A stretch of DNA of 60,204 bases, counting the filler. It is 9 parts of 9 records of this genome, joined end to end, with 100 filler letters (N's around TTAATTAATTAA, not from the genome) between each part and the next. Parts side by side here need not be neighbours in the genome. Positions count along the whole stretch, not along the records: positions 1 to 8,530 come from SRR31147125_49537; positions 8,631 to 17,408 come from SRR31147125_49544; 7 more parts are not named here. One strand, written 5' to 3'. A model generated the notes under the pieces. It was not told the DNA's origin. It saw nothing but the letters and a program-made list of their open reading frames with translations, and did no database searches. Shown here piece after piece: positions 1 through 10,262 of the stretch; position 1 is the first letter of the stretch, and the number at the start of each line of letters is the position of its first letter. The position numbers and the translations under genes are program-made.

Positions 1-1005
1 AAAGTTGTTTTAAAAATATTGGACTATATTCCATGTGATTATATAATTTATGATGATATACACCCAAACCCTAAAGATTATGATGTAGATAAAGGCGCAA
101 GAGTTGCTGTTGAAAATAGTATTGATTTATTAATAGCCTTTGGTGGGGGAAGTAGCATAGATGCTGCAAAGGGGATAGCTGTTGTTGCAAAACAGGGTGG
201 AAGCATATTAGACTATGCTGGTGGGTCAATGAAAATAAATGATGCATTGCCAATAATAACGATTCCAACAACAGCTGGAACGGGAAGTGAAGTGACTTTT
301 TCTTCAGTCATAACGAATACAAAAGAACAATTTAAATTTACAGTAAAAAGCACAATAATCGCACCAAGTGTCGCTATAGTGGATCCAGAGCTTACTGTAT
401 CTATGCCGCCAATAATTACTGCATCGACTGGTATGGATGCGCTTACACATGCTATAGAAGGTTATACGGCTACATGCACAGAACCGATTGCTGAGTGTTT
501 GGGGTTATATGCAATTGAATACATATCCAAGAGCTTAAAGACTTCTTTTGATAACCCAAGTGATATTGTAGCAAGAAACGATATGATGATGGGAAGCTTA
601 CTGGCAGGTCTTTCATTTAGCCACTCAGATGTTGCATCAGTCCATTGTATGGCTGAAGCTTTAGGTAGTTTATATGATTTACCTCATGGCATGTGCAATT
701 CGATATTGTTACCACATGTTATGGAATATTCTATAGATTATTGTACAAATAAATATGCTAGAGTTGCAAGAATGATGGGTATAGTAGAAGATGATGATAA
801 AAAAGCATCTATGCTTGGAATTGAAAAAATCAAACATTTATCAAAACAAGTTAAATTGCCAAATTTATGTGAGCTTAATATAAAGACTGAAGATATTAAA
901 AAGCTATCACATATGTCGTTTATTAACGGCTCAAATAGTAGTAACCCAAGACCAATGACAACTAAAGATTATATATATGTGTTTAATAAAGCACTACAGC
1001 AGTAA
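1..1005 (+). CDS. Iron-containing alcohol dehydrogenase, 5'-truncated
   Basis: GGGSSIDAAK NAD(P) motif, PTTAGTGSE, GMDALTHAIEG and metal-ligand His in SVHCMAE and LPHG. The frame is open from base 1. Confidence 0.93.
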   Translation, partial: KVVLKILDYIPCDYIIYDDIHPNPKDYDVDKGARVAVENSIDLLIAFGGGSSIDAAKGIAVVAKQGGSILDYAGGSMKINDALPIITIPTTAGTGSEVTFSSVITNTKEQFKFTVKSTIIAPSVAIVDPELTVSMPPIITASTGMDALTHAIEGYTATCTEPIAECLGLYAIEYISKSLKTSFDNPSDIVARNDMMMGSLLAGLSFSHSDVASVHCMAEALGSLYDLPHGMCNSILLPHVMEYSIDYCTNKYARVARMMGIVEDDDKKASMLGIEKIKHLSKQVKLPNLCELNIKTEDIKKLSHMSFINGSNSSNPRPMTTKDYIYVFNKALQQ

Positions 1006-1035
1006 GAACTATCATTAGAAAAGAACATTATATTA

Positions 1036-1071
1036 AAAGAGCAGCTTTACTAAATGTATAATCTGCTCTTT
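1036..1071. terminator. Probable bidirectional intrinsic terminator between convergent ADH and clostripain genes
   Basis: Inverted repeat AAAGAGCAG...CTGCTCTTT flanked by A/T-rich sequence. Confidence 0.6.
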
Positions 1072-1093
1072 ATTATTAAATATTTAATTATAA

Positions 1094-3475
1094 CTAATAT
1101 GTTGATGCTGGTGTCCAAATATGATTATTATATATATCTGTAATTCTATAAGTCACTTTACATGGCTCAGAACCAACGTTTACATTGCTAATATTAAGAT
1201 CACCTTGAACAACCATTTGTTCACCTAAAAAGTAGCTATCTTGGAACTCTTCATCATAAGTGTAGTAATCACAGATAAAGTCAATCGTATCGCCATCTTT
1301 TATCTCAATTAAACCTTTAGATATAGTATCAGGTGAATCTGGATACAAGTACTTTGCACCAATAACTTGTCCTTTAGGGTTATTATCATCAAATACAAGT
1401 ATTAAGTTTACAAGTTCATCGTTAAGCATAGCAGGAACTCTACCTGTAATGATATAGTTGTTATCAATAACATCCTCAGAAACAAGATAATAAGAAACTA
1501 CTTGACCATTAATAGCTAACCATGTTCTGTCATAATCAATCATTAAATCGCCGTCATCATTAAACTCGTAAACATTGTCTAAACCTAAATCAATAAATCC
1601 ACCGCCATCATCTAAAAATACATTTAAGACCAATGTTTGAACCATATCCCATTTTTCGTCAGACATTGATATAACGTAAGATTCTTGACCTTCGGTAATC
1701 ATTATATCAGCACTTGTTAGATTATTGCTCTCGTAGTAATTTGCACTGTCCATAATTGCGTTAGTATCAACCCAATTAGAGCTCCTTGCGCCTAACATGG
1801 TTTCAAGTCCGCCGTTCATAATAAAAGCATTTAAAAGTTCGCCGACTATCTCTCCACTTAGGTTAGTTGAAGAAGTTGTGGAGTCAGTTTGTCCCATGGA
1901 ACCTAAAAGGGTATCAAGTGGGCTACTTTCACCACCAGCAATCGCTTGACCACCAACTTCAAGGTTTGCAAAGCTTTTAATACAGTCAGTATATTCTTCA
2001 TCCATACCAATATCTTCGTATGTATCTATCATAGGTGCTAGGTTAGATAATTTTTTATATGGGAAGTAAATAGACATTCCATTTGCATTTGATATAGTGT
2101 TTGAAGTTTTATTGTATTTAACAGACTCAACGATAACTTCAATCAATTTTTCCGATTCAGTTGAATCAATATTTTGAGCAAGGTTTACAAGATCAATTTG
2201 ATCTATCTTAGCAGATACACCAAATTCTTTAGTGTTTGCTCTAGCATCAGAAACAATTTTATAATTATCTCCTTCAATCAATTCTCCTGTAGACATAGCA
2301 AAATCAGTAAATGCTTTAGGAACAGTAGCAGAAAAATCTGCAAGGTCTACTATTGAAAGGGTAGTCTTATCAGCTGCTCTGTTTTCATAACATTTTTGAA
2401 CAAAGTCATCAATAATGTTTTTACCAATATTCAAAGTACTCATAGATGTATCTTGGCTTAATTTAGTTAACCAATCAGTATAATACCATCCAATTCCAGG
2501 CTCAGTTTCTTCAGATGCAATTAGATAATCTGCGTGTTTTTCTAACATCAACGCAGTTTCAAATGTAGCCATAAGACACGCATCAAACCCAACAAAGTCA
2601 AACTTGCAATCAGCATCTTTAAGTGCTTCATCTATTTCACCAAGCGTCATTGTATTGCTTGGTGCATACTCATCATAGCCAAATCCCTTATTAGAACCGC
2701 CGCCATGATCCCATAAAATGAGTGAATACCTGTTAGCAGGGAAGTTAGCAACACCGTATTTAATGAAATCAGATAAAGTATTTGGATCAGTCATTTCTTT
2801 TTGACCGATATCGCCCTCTAACAGTTTAAGCCCTTTATCTGCACACAAATATCTTTGGTTAGTTCTGTTGCTTATAACAGAATTCTGCCATGTTTTTGTT
2901 CCACCAGTTTCAATAACAATATTTACATTTTCGCTGATATTAGCTTGAAGCATTTCATTCAAATCAGATGTAGCCATGCCTGAACGCGATTCTAAATCGG
3001 TACCACACATATAAATCATTATGGTATAAACGTCTTCTCCATCACCTTTTATAGCAGTATATTTGCTGCGGGCATCTTCGGATACACTCGTGTTTAAAAC
3101 ACCTTGTTGTATCTGCTGGGTAGAGTATGTACCTTGCTCTATTGGCTCAGATACAACACTTTGACCATAAGTATTAGTGGTGATATCTGAAAGCGTTGAA
3201 GTATCTACTAGACCCATGTTCTTTAAAATCAAATATCCTACAAATATAACAACACCTAAAAAGATTAATTTTTTTAACGACATACCGCCAAGACCAGAAA
3301 CTCCGCGTGATCCACCTGAAGAGCTAGAAGAGCTAGAAGAGGTGTGTTTACCAGAATAGCCAGTGTTTCCACCCACTCCACCAGAAGAATTCAGTCCACT
3401 CCCACGTCTTTTAGCGTTTCCGCCACCAGAACTAACATATTTTTTTCGTCCTCTTGATTTAATATTTCTATCCAA
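1094..3475 (-). CDS. Clostripain-family (peptidase C11) cysteine peptidase with N-terminal Gly/Ser-rich region and one TM anchor
   Basis: TIMIYMCGTDLES, ILWDHGGG (catalytic His), GFDACLMA (catalytic Cys), YLIASEETEPG. TTG start preceded by AGGAGA. Confidence 0.9.
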   Translation of the reverse strand: MDRNIKSRGRKKYVSSGGGNAKRRGSGLNSSGGVGGNTGYSGKHTSSSSSSSSGGSRGVSGLGGMSLKKLIFLGVVIFVGYLILKNMGLVDTSTLSDITTNTYGQSVVSEPIEQGTYSTQQIQQGVLNTSVSEDARSKYTAIKGDGEDVYTIMIYMCGTDLESRSGMATSDLNEMLQANISENVNIVIETGGTKTWQNSVISNRTNQRYLCADKGLKLLEGDIGQKEMTDPNTLSDFIKYGVANFPANRYSLILWDHGGGSNKGFGYDEYAPSNTMTLGEIDEALKDADCKFDFVGFDACLMATFETALMLEKHADYLIASEETEPGIGWYYTDWLTKLSQDTSMSTLNIGKNIIDDFVQKCYENRAADKTTLSIVDLADFSATVPKAFTDFAMSTGELIEGDNYKIVSDARANTKEFGVSAKIDQIDLVNLAQNIDSTESEKLIEVIVESVKYNKTSNTISNANGMSIYFPYKKLSNLAPMIDTYEDIGMDEEYTDCIKSFANLEVGGQAIAGGESSPLDTLLGSMGQTDSTTSSTNLSGEIVGELLNAFIMNGGLETMLGARSSNWVDTNAIMDSANYYESNNLTSADIMITEGQESYVISMSDEKWDMVQTLVLNVFLDDGGGFIDLGLDNVYEFNDDGDLMIDYDRTWLAINGQVVSYYLVSEDVIDNNYIITGRVPAMLNDELVNLILVFDDNNPKGQVIGAKYLYPDSPDTISKGLIEIKDGDTIDFICDYYTYDEEFQDSYFLGEQMVVQGDLNISNVNVGSEPCKVTYRITDIYNNHIWTPASTY

Positions 3476-3555
3476 CTATATTTTCTCCTATTTTTAATTA
3501 TATTTTATTATACTACATACCTAGTTTAAAAAAACTAAAATCTGCAAGCAATATA

Positions 3556-4488
3556 TTATAAAGCACTTCCGTTTAAATAATTAAAGTCACAACCCTGATA
3601 CTCTTTATTATTTATCATGGTATTTTCAATTTCTTCTTTAATTACCCACCAACTTGTATTAAAGTTTGCTGTGATGCTATGATTTTTAGGGACTCTTCCA
3701 ATCAGTCTTTCCACATAAATTTCTGGATCAAGATTTTTCAAAAAAGCAATTGCTCTTGATATATAATCCTGTTTATCTAAAAGTTTTAAATTTCCATTTT
3801 TATATTCATCAGCAAAAATACTATTTTTAGCGATATATAAACTATGTATTTTAACGCCATCAACTTTTAATGCAGAAATAACCCGTGACGTTTGAATAAC
3901 ATCATCAATAGTGTCAAATGGAAAGTCGATAATAACATGTACAGATACATCAAAGTCAAACTTTTTAATATTCAATACTGCATCAATAAACTGAGATATA
4001 TCATGACCTCTATTTATTTTGCTTAAAGTCTTATAGTTTATTGTCTGCAAGCCCAGTTCTATACAGATATCTATATCATTTTTAATTCTAATTTCTTCAA
4101 TTGCATTTAAGACATCCATTGATATACAGTCGGGACGAGTAGATATATTTATACAAACAACGTCATCAATAATCGATTCAGATAGATTTTCTTTTAATTT
4201 TTCAATATCTGTATATGTGGCTGTAAAATTTTGAAAATATGATATGAACTTTTTTGCACCATAACGCTTGCCTATGTATTCCTTATTTTGCAATAGTTGT
4301 TGCTTTATAGGTGTTTGATTAGATAAACTTTCAAAACCAGCACCAACACCAGCACAAAAATAACAACCATCAACGCCTAATTGTCCGTCTCTGTTAGGGC
4401 ATGTTCCATCAACGTTTATAGGAAGCTTATATACTTTTTCGCCATATTTATTTACAAGATATTTAGAATACGGATAAAAAACCTGCAA
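3556..4488 (-). CDS. TIGR01212/YhcC-type radical SAM protein
   Basis: TCPNRDG...GCYFC motif, YFQNFT, STRPDC, ELGLQT, INRGHD, GVKIHSLY. Confidence 0.9.
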   Translation of the reverse strand: MQVFYPYSKYLVNKYGEKVYKLPINVDGTCPNRDGQLGVDGCYFCAGVGAGFESLSNQTPIKQQLLQNKEYIGKRYGAKKFISYFQNFTATYTDIEKLKENLSESIIDDVVCINISTRPDCISMDVLNAIEEIRIKNDIDICIELGLQTINYKTLSKINRGHDISQFIDAVLNIKKFDFDVSVHVIIDFPFDTIDDVIQTSRVISALKVDGVKIHSLYIAKNSIFADEYKNGNLKLLDKQDYISRAIAFLKNLDPEIYVERLIGRVPKNHSITANFNTSWWVIKEEIENTMINNKEYQGCDFNYLNGSAL

Positions 4489-4576
4489 AGTTTTCTCCTT
4501 TATTTGAATTAATCATTTATTGATGATAACATAATATTACTAAGTAATTCAACTTTTAATAAGTGGGGTAGAGGAT

Positions 4577-4926
4577 ATGTATATTTGTAAATCTAGTTTT
4601 AAAATTATCTCTTCAGACAATAGTAAAATTTTTTTGGAAAAGGACCCTATCTTTTGCTCGTTGAGGTTGATAGATACAATTCAATTTCTAAGGCGGCAAA
4701 GAACATGAATATGGCATATAGCAAAGCTTTTAGAATTATTAAAGATGCTCAAACAGAACTCGGCTTTGATTTGATTGAAACGCAGACTGGTGGTAAAAAT
4801 GGTGGGGGGTCAGTTTTGACGGATAAAGCTAAAAAGCTTTTATACGCTTATAACACTGTAGAAAAAGAAATTGAAAAAAATACAAAAGAGCTATACAAAA
4901 AACATATAGCTCCTATAATTGAATAA
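4577..4926 (+). CDS. ModE N-terminal-type winged-helix transcription regulator (apparent frameshift in the T7 run at 4629-4635)
   Basis: ATG at 4577 after GAGG. Restoring one T gives ..IFFGKGPYLLL..SISKAAKNMNMAYSKAF..TGGKNGGGSVLT, typical of the ModE wHTH. Confidence 0.8.
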
Positions 4927-4934
4927 AAAACTAT

Positions 4935-5330
4935 TTACATTCTTCCTTCGTATTTAACTCCAATAGCGTCAACTTCAATAAGAACATCCTTAGGTAGACG
5001 AGAAACTTCAACCGTGCTTCTTGCAGGACAAACATCATCAAAAAACGTTTCATATACTTCGTTCATTTTACTAAAGTCATCCATATTTTTTAAATACACA
5101 GTCAGCTTAATAACCTTTGACATAGAAGATCCGCCAGCGCAGAGTACCGCTGAAACATTTGAAAGTGCAACTTTTGTCTGTTCTTCAATAGTTTCTGGTA
5201 TAGTGCCAGTTTCATTATCGATAGGAATTTGTCCAGACGTAAAAACAAAATCGCCAACGCATATTCCTTGACTATAAGGACCAATCGCACCTGGAGCGTG
5301 CTTGGTAACAATTGCTTTTTTCTTACTCAT
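4935..5330 (-). CDS. ridA: RidA/YjgF family enamine/imine deaminase
   Basis: APGAIGPYSQG, FTSGQIP, MNEVYETFF, PARSTVEVSRLPKDVLIEVD. Confidence 0.92.
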   Translation of the reverse strand: MSKKKAIVTKHAPGAIGPYSQGICVGDFVFTSGQIPIDNETGTIPETIEEQTKVALSNVSAVLCAGGSSMSKVIKLTVYLKNMDDFSKMNEVYETFFDDVCPARSTVEVSRLPKDVLIEVDAIGVKYEGRM

Positions 5331-5393
5331 AGTATACTCCTTATATAATTAGTATAAATATTGTACCATAGTATTTTTTAAGTTCAATTATAA

Positions 5394-5422
5394 AGGACCA
5401 AAGTAAAAAATACTTTAGTCCT
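5394..5422 (-). terminator. Probable terminator of the pgk-tpiA-gpmI operon
   Basis: Minus-strand stem AGGACTAAAGTA/TACTTTGGTCCT (one GU) just after the gpmI stop, followed by an AT-rich tail. Confidence 0.55.
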
Positions 5423-5436
5423 ATAAAAACGTTTTA

Positions 5437-6978
5437 CTATTTTTTAATGATCATAGATTCGCCAGTCATTTCTTCTGGTTTTTCTAATCCTATTAGCTCC
5501 AATAATGTTGGTGCTATATCCGCAAGTATTCCGTCTTGCTTTAACTTTGCATCAACAAGCTTGTCTGATATAAGTACAAACGGTACATCGTTTGTAGTAT
5601 GAGCAGTAAATGGACCACCATCTTCATCATACATTTTTTCAGCATTACCGTGGTCAGCAGTAAGAACAGCCTGACCTCCGTTTTTAAGTATTGCATCAAC
5701 AACTTTGCCAACACACTCATCAACAGCAATAACAGCTGCTTTTGCAGCTTCAAATATACCAGTATGACCAACCATATCAGGATTTGCAAAATTAAGGATC
5801 ATAACATCATGATTACCCGCATTTATCAGCTCAACTGCTTTATCAGCAACCTCATATGCACTCATTTCAGGTTTTAAATCATATGTTGCAACTTTAGGAG
5901 AAGGGATTAAAACTCTATCCTCACCTTTGTTTGGCTCTTCAACACCACCATTAAAAAAGAATGTAACATGAGCATACTTTTCAGTTTCAGCAATCCTAAA
6001 TTGACTTAAGTCATTTTTAGCAAGATATTCACCTAAAGTATTCTTTAAAGATTGAGGTGCATACATAACACTAACGTTTTTAAACGTCGCATCATATTCT
6101 GTAAGACAAACATAGTGAACAGGGAAGTATTCACGCTTAAAACCATCAAAATCAGGTTCAATAAATGTTCTAGTAATTTCCCTTGCTCTATCTGGTCTAA
6201 AATTAAAACAAATCAAAGAATCGTTTTCACAGATCAAACCAACAGGTTTACCATTATCGTCAACTATACTAGTTGGAGTAATAAACTCGTCATATACTTC
6301 ACTGTCATAGCAATTCTGCATAGCTTTTTCAGCCGAATCTGAAGTAGTTTCACTTCCTTGTACAAGAGTTTTATATGCTTTTTCAACTCTTTCCCAACGG
6401 TTATCTCTATCCATAGCATAATATCTACCAACAACGCTTGCTATCTTACCAGTGCCAATCTCGTTAAGTTCTTTTTCTAACTGAATGATATAATCTTTTC
6501 CGCTGTCTGGTGGAACATCACGTCCATCCATAAAGCAGTGAATATATACTTTTTCTAGTCCTTCTTGGCTTGCTTTATTAACAAATGCGTAAAGATGATC
6601 TAGATGACTATGTACTCCGCCATCAGAAACAAGACCATAAAGGTGTAAACTAGAATCTTTGCTTTTACAATTTTCTATTGCGTCAATTAATGCTTTGTTG
6701 TTATAAAACCCACCGTCTTTAATATCCTTTGTGACCCTGGTCAAAGCTTGGTATACAATTCTGCCAGCACCTATGTTTAAATGACCAACTTCAGAATTTC
6801 CCATTTGTCCGTCAGGTAAACCAACAGATAGTCCGCTAGCACCAATTTTTGTATCAGAATATTTATCAAAGATCTTTGAGATGTTTTTTAAGCCAGAAGC
6901 CTTGACTGCATTGCCATTTTCTTCGTTAATGCAACCAAAACCGTCTAGTATTATCAATGAAGTCATTTGTTTTTTCAC
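5437..6978 (-). CDS. gpmI: 2,3-bisphosphoglycerate-independent phosphoglycerate mutase
   Basis: LIILDGFG, GQMGNSEVGH, GRYYAMDRD, AETEKYAHVTFFFNGG, NPDMVGHTG, TADHGNAE. Confidence 0.97.
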   Translation of the reverse strand: MKKQMTSLIILDGFGCINEENGNAVKASGLKNISKIFDKYSDTKIGASGLSVGLPDGQMGNSEVGHLNIGAGRIVYQALTRVTKDIKDGGFYNNKALIDAIENCKSKDSSLHLYGLVSDGGVHSHLDHLYAFVNKASQEGLEKVYIHCFMDGRDVPPDSGKDYIIQLEKELNEIGTGKIASVVGRYYAMDRDNRWERVEKAYKTLVQGSETTSDSAEKAMQNCYDSEVYDEFITPTSIVDDNGKPVGLICENDSLICFNFRPDRAREITRTFIEPDFDGFKREYFPVHYVCLTEYDATFKNVSVMYAPQSLKNTLGEYLAKNDLSQFRIAETEKYAHVTFFFNGGVEEPNKGEDRVLIPSPKVATYDLKPEMSAYEVADKAVELINAGNHDVMILNFANPDMVGHTGIFEAAKAAVIAVDECVGKVVDAILKNGGQAVLTADHGNAEKMYDEDGGPFTAHTTNDVPFVLISDKLVDAKLKQDGILADIAPTLLELIGLEKPEEMTGESMIIKK

Positions 6979-6989
6979 TATATCACCTA

Positions 6990-7742
6990 TTAACCGTTGT
7001 ATTTAACAACTTGAGAAAAATCAACAGCTTTAAGAGAAGCCCCGCCAATCAAGCCACCGTCAATATCAGGTTGCGCCATAAGTTCTTTAGCATTTGCAGG
7101 CTTCATGCTTCCGCCGTACTGAATTCTAACCTTAGAAGCTGTATCCTCATCAAACTCAGATGCAACACAAGCTCTTATAACAGCAATAGTTTCGTTTGCT
7201 TGTTCAGATGTAGCAGTTTTTCCTGTTCCAATAGCCCATATTGGCTCATAAGCTAAAACTAGGTCAGCAACTTGTGCAGCAGATAGACCAGCGAGAGCAG
7301 CTTTGATTTGTCCAGAAACAAAATCATTTGTAACGCCAGATTCTCTTTGTTCTAATGTTTCACCACAGCAGATGATCGGAGTCATTCCAGCTTCGATAAT
7401 TAGTTTTGCTTTTTTATTAACGCCTTCGTCAGTCTCGTTATAATACTCTCTTCTTTCTGAGTGTCCAATAATAACAAACTCTGTGCCAATTTCTTTTAGC
7501 ATATCTATTGAAACTTCGCCAGTATAAGCACCGCTTTTTTCTGCAGCAACGTTTTGAGCTGCAAGCTTGATGTTAGATCCTGCAAGCATTTCTTTAACTG
7601 CTGGTAAAACAACAAATGTTGGAGCAACTACAACAGTTGCTTCAGCATCAGCTACTAATGGTTTTAATTCTTCTATCAATTTTGTTGCATCCGCAACAGT
7701 GTTATTCATTTTCCAGTTTCCTGCAATAATAGGTTTTCTCAT
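6990..7742 (-). CDS. tpiA: Triosephosphate isomerase
   Basis: [37 protein letters not shown]. Confidence 0.98.
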   Translation of the reverse strand: MRKPIIAGNWKMNNTVADATKLIEELKPLVADAEATVVVAPTFVVLPAVKEMLAGSNIKLAAQNVAAEKSGAYTGEVSIDMLKEIGTEFVIIGHSERREYYNETDEGVNKKAKLIIEAGMTPIICCGETLEQRESGVTNDFVSGQIKAALAGLSAAQVADLVLAYEPIWAIGTGKTATSEQANETIAVIRACVASEFDEDTASKVRIQYGGSMKPANAKELMAQPDIDGGLIGGASLKAVDFSQVVKYNG

Positions 7743-7770
7743 TTTAATCTCCTTTGTATGTTAAAAATTA

Positions 7771-8530
7771 TTATTTATCTTGTAACGCTTCAATTCCTGG
7801 AAGCTTTTTACCTTCTAAGAATTCTAATGAAGCACCGCCACCTGTAGAAATATGGCTAACTTTATCGCCAAAACCAAGTTTTTTGATAGCAGCAACGCTG
7901 TCTCCACCACCAATGATAGAAATAGCATCAGATTCAGCTAGAGCAGATGCAATAGCTTCTGTACCGATTTTAAAGTTGTCCATTTCACAAACACCAAGAG
8001 GTCCGTTCCAAACTACAGTTTTAGCAGTTTTAACGAGTTCAACAAACTTATCTTTAGCTTTAGGTCCAATATCAAGAGCAAGATAGTCGCCTTTTGGTTC
8101 TTCGTTGTCAAGATATTTTATGTCAGCATCGTTAGAAAATTCTGATGCGTAAGCTGAATCTTCTGGTAAAAGTATATCTACACCAGTAGTCTTTGCTTTT
8201 TCAATAAGTTCTTTAGCTAAATCCATTTTGTCTTCTTCTAATAATGATTTACCAATGTCATAACCCATAGCTTTAATAAATGTATAAGCCATTCCGCCAC
8301 CAATAATTAATTTATCTACTTTTTCCATAAGGCTTTTAATAACTTCAATTTTATCAGAAACTTTAGCACCACCTATGATAGCAACAAAAGGTCTTTCTGC
8401 ATTTTCTAAAGCGCCACCCATAAAGTCAAGCTCTTTAGCAATTAAGAAACCAGAAACAGCAGGTAGATAATCAGCAACACCAGCAGTAGAAGCATGAGCT
8501 CTGTGTGCTGTTCCAAAAGCATCATTTACA
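7771..8530 (-). CDS. pgk: Phosphoglycerate kinase, 5' part missing at contig end
   Basis: [31 protein letters not shown]. The frame extends upstream through [14 protein letters not shown] to the spacer. Confidence 0.97.
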
Positions 8531-8630
8531 NNNNNNNNNNNNNNNNNNNNNNNNNNNNNNNNNNNNNNNNNNNNTTAATTAATTAANNNNNNNNNNNNNN
8601 NNNNNNNNNNNNNNNNNNNNNNNNNNNNNN
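8531..8630. other. Artificial contig spacer (same at 17409-17508, 22577-22676, 30132-30231, 35491-35590, 42120-42219, 47759-47858, 53159-53258)
   Basis: Identical 100-nt N-run/TTAATTAATTAA/N-run with stops in all six frames. Genes are truncated and composition changes at each spacer. Confidence 0.99.
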
Positions 8631-8713
8631 TGGCCAAGGGGGATTTAGGGGGATGTTACAAAACTTTATATAGCCAAACAACTCAAAGCCAACATCCTCA
8701 CCTTAAAAACAAC

Positions 8714-10143
8714 TCAAACATTCTCTCTACTTTCATCAAGGTGCCCATAACCCTGTTTTGGACACTCTTTGTGCAACCTGAATTTACTGTCAATAATCCA
8801 GCGAATCACAGATTTGATCGGCGTTATTTTATCCCTTTTATGTGAAAAAACCAATTTCTTAATAATATTCGGAATACTTTTCACACTCTCCTGCCATGCA
8901 AGAGCATACATCTCTTCAAGATAGGACTTTTTTCCCGGCATCACCTCAGAGGCCCGGACATGCAGCCTGTCTTTTGGAAAAAGGCCTTTTTGAACGGCAT
9001 CAGACCACAACAGGGTGCCGTAAGAAAAAAGTAATTCATTACTGTTCTTTAAATCAAAGCCATTATTGGAAAGAAATTGTATCAAATTCATTGCATCAGT
9101 TCTATTCTCCTGTGGCGCACCAAGGATAAAAGATCCGCACGTTAGAAACGGATATCTGTTAATAATCTCTATCGTTCTGGAAATTTTGTTCTCCCAATTT
9201 TCAGGAGAAGAAGATTTATTAAGATAAGCGATAATATCCGGTTTGATGTGTTCAACTCCCATACAGGTAATACAGAAATTCGCCTCATGCAAACTCGCCC
9301 ACAATTCCTCTAAAGGAACCGGACTACCCTGCATGGCAAAATCCATTTTTATGTTTTCTTTTACGATCAACTCAGCTATCCGGATTGCACGCCTGGGCCT
9401 GACCAGGAAATTATCATCATTGAATATCACAGCATTATAGCCTTTATCGCAGAGACTCTTTAATTCCTGAACAAGACTTTCAGGTGATCGTTCCCGATAT
9501 TTCAACAGTCCCACACGCTGGCAATAATGGCATTTAAATGGACAGCCTCTGCTGGAAGCAATCACCCCGGTCTTACTGGAAAATTTAAATCGAAGCAAAT
9601 TCCCATATAAAGAACCATTTATGAATCGGGCTTCTCTGTCCGGCCAGGGCAACTCATCAAGATCGTTTGAAACGTGTGCCTTAAACAGACCTGTTGGTTT
9701 TTCAGTAACAATCCGAACAATGTCATCTTCAGCTTCGCCCTGGACCACAAGGTCTGCGGGTGAATGTTGCAGTACATCTTCCGGAAGGATGGTGCAATGA
9801 GCCCCCCTAAAACCAGAAAAATATGTGGAAACCGATTTTTGATCTTTTGGGATATCAGATAAGAGTTATTTCTCGTGCGGGTGAAAACCGTTATTCCAAT
9901 GATAGTGATATTATATCGATTGATAAAGCCGAATAGATTTTCAACATCCGTATTATCAGAATCCATATCAATAATATAGGAATTCCAGCCATCCCGCCTG
10001 AGAATTTCGTTCAAATACAACAAACCCAAAGGCGGTACATAGCCTGTAAGTCCCTTTAATTTATGAAAAAAAGAATGCGGTGGATTAACAAATAAAATGT
10101 TTTCCATTCTTGTCATTTTCCTCGATATAAAGGATTTTCTCAT
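8714..10143 (-). CDS. B12-binding-domain radical SAM protein (frameshift in the C6 run at 9802-9807 joins ORFs 9619-10143 and 8714-9748)
   Basis: ILFVNPP..PPLGLLYL cobalamin-binding N-terminus. Adding one G restores LGGAHCTILPEDVL..VVQGEAE. SSRGCPFKCHYC is the CxxxCxxC motif. Confidence 0.88.
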
Positions 10144-10262
10144 CTCTCCCTAGGCGATAATATTAATCTATTTTTCTCTGCGATCTCTGCGGTTAAAAAT
10201 TTTTTTATCTCACCGGATTCATAATATAATTAGATCGAAAAAGATCAGATATCAAACTTTTT

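Noticed and set aside
8575-8586. Recurrent TTAATTAATTAA palindrome as a biological repeat
   Set aside because: Always embedded in N-runs of fixed length. It is a synthetic six-frame stop linker.
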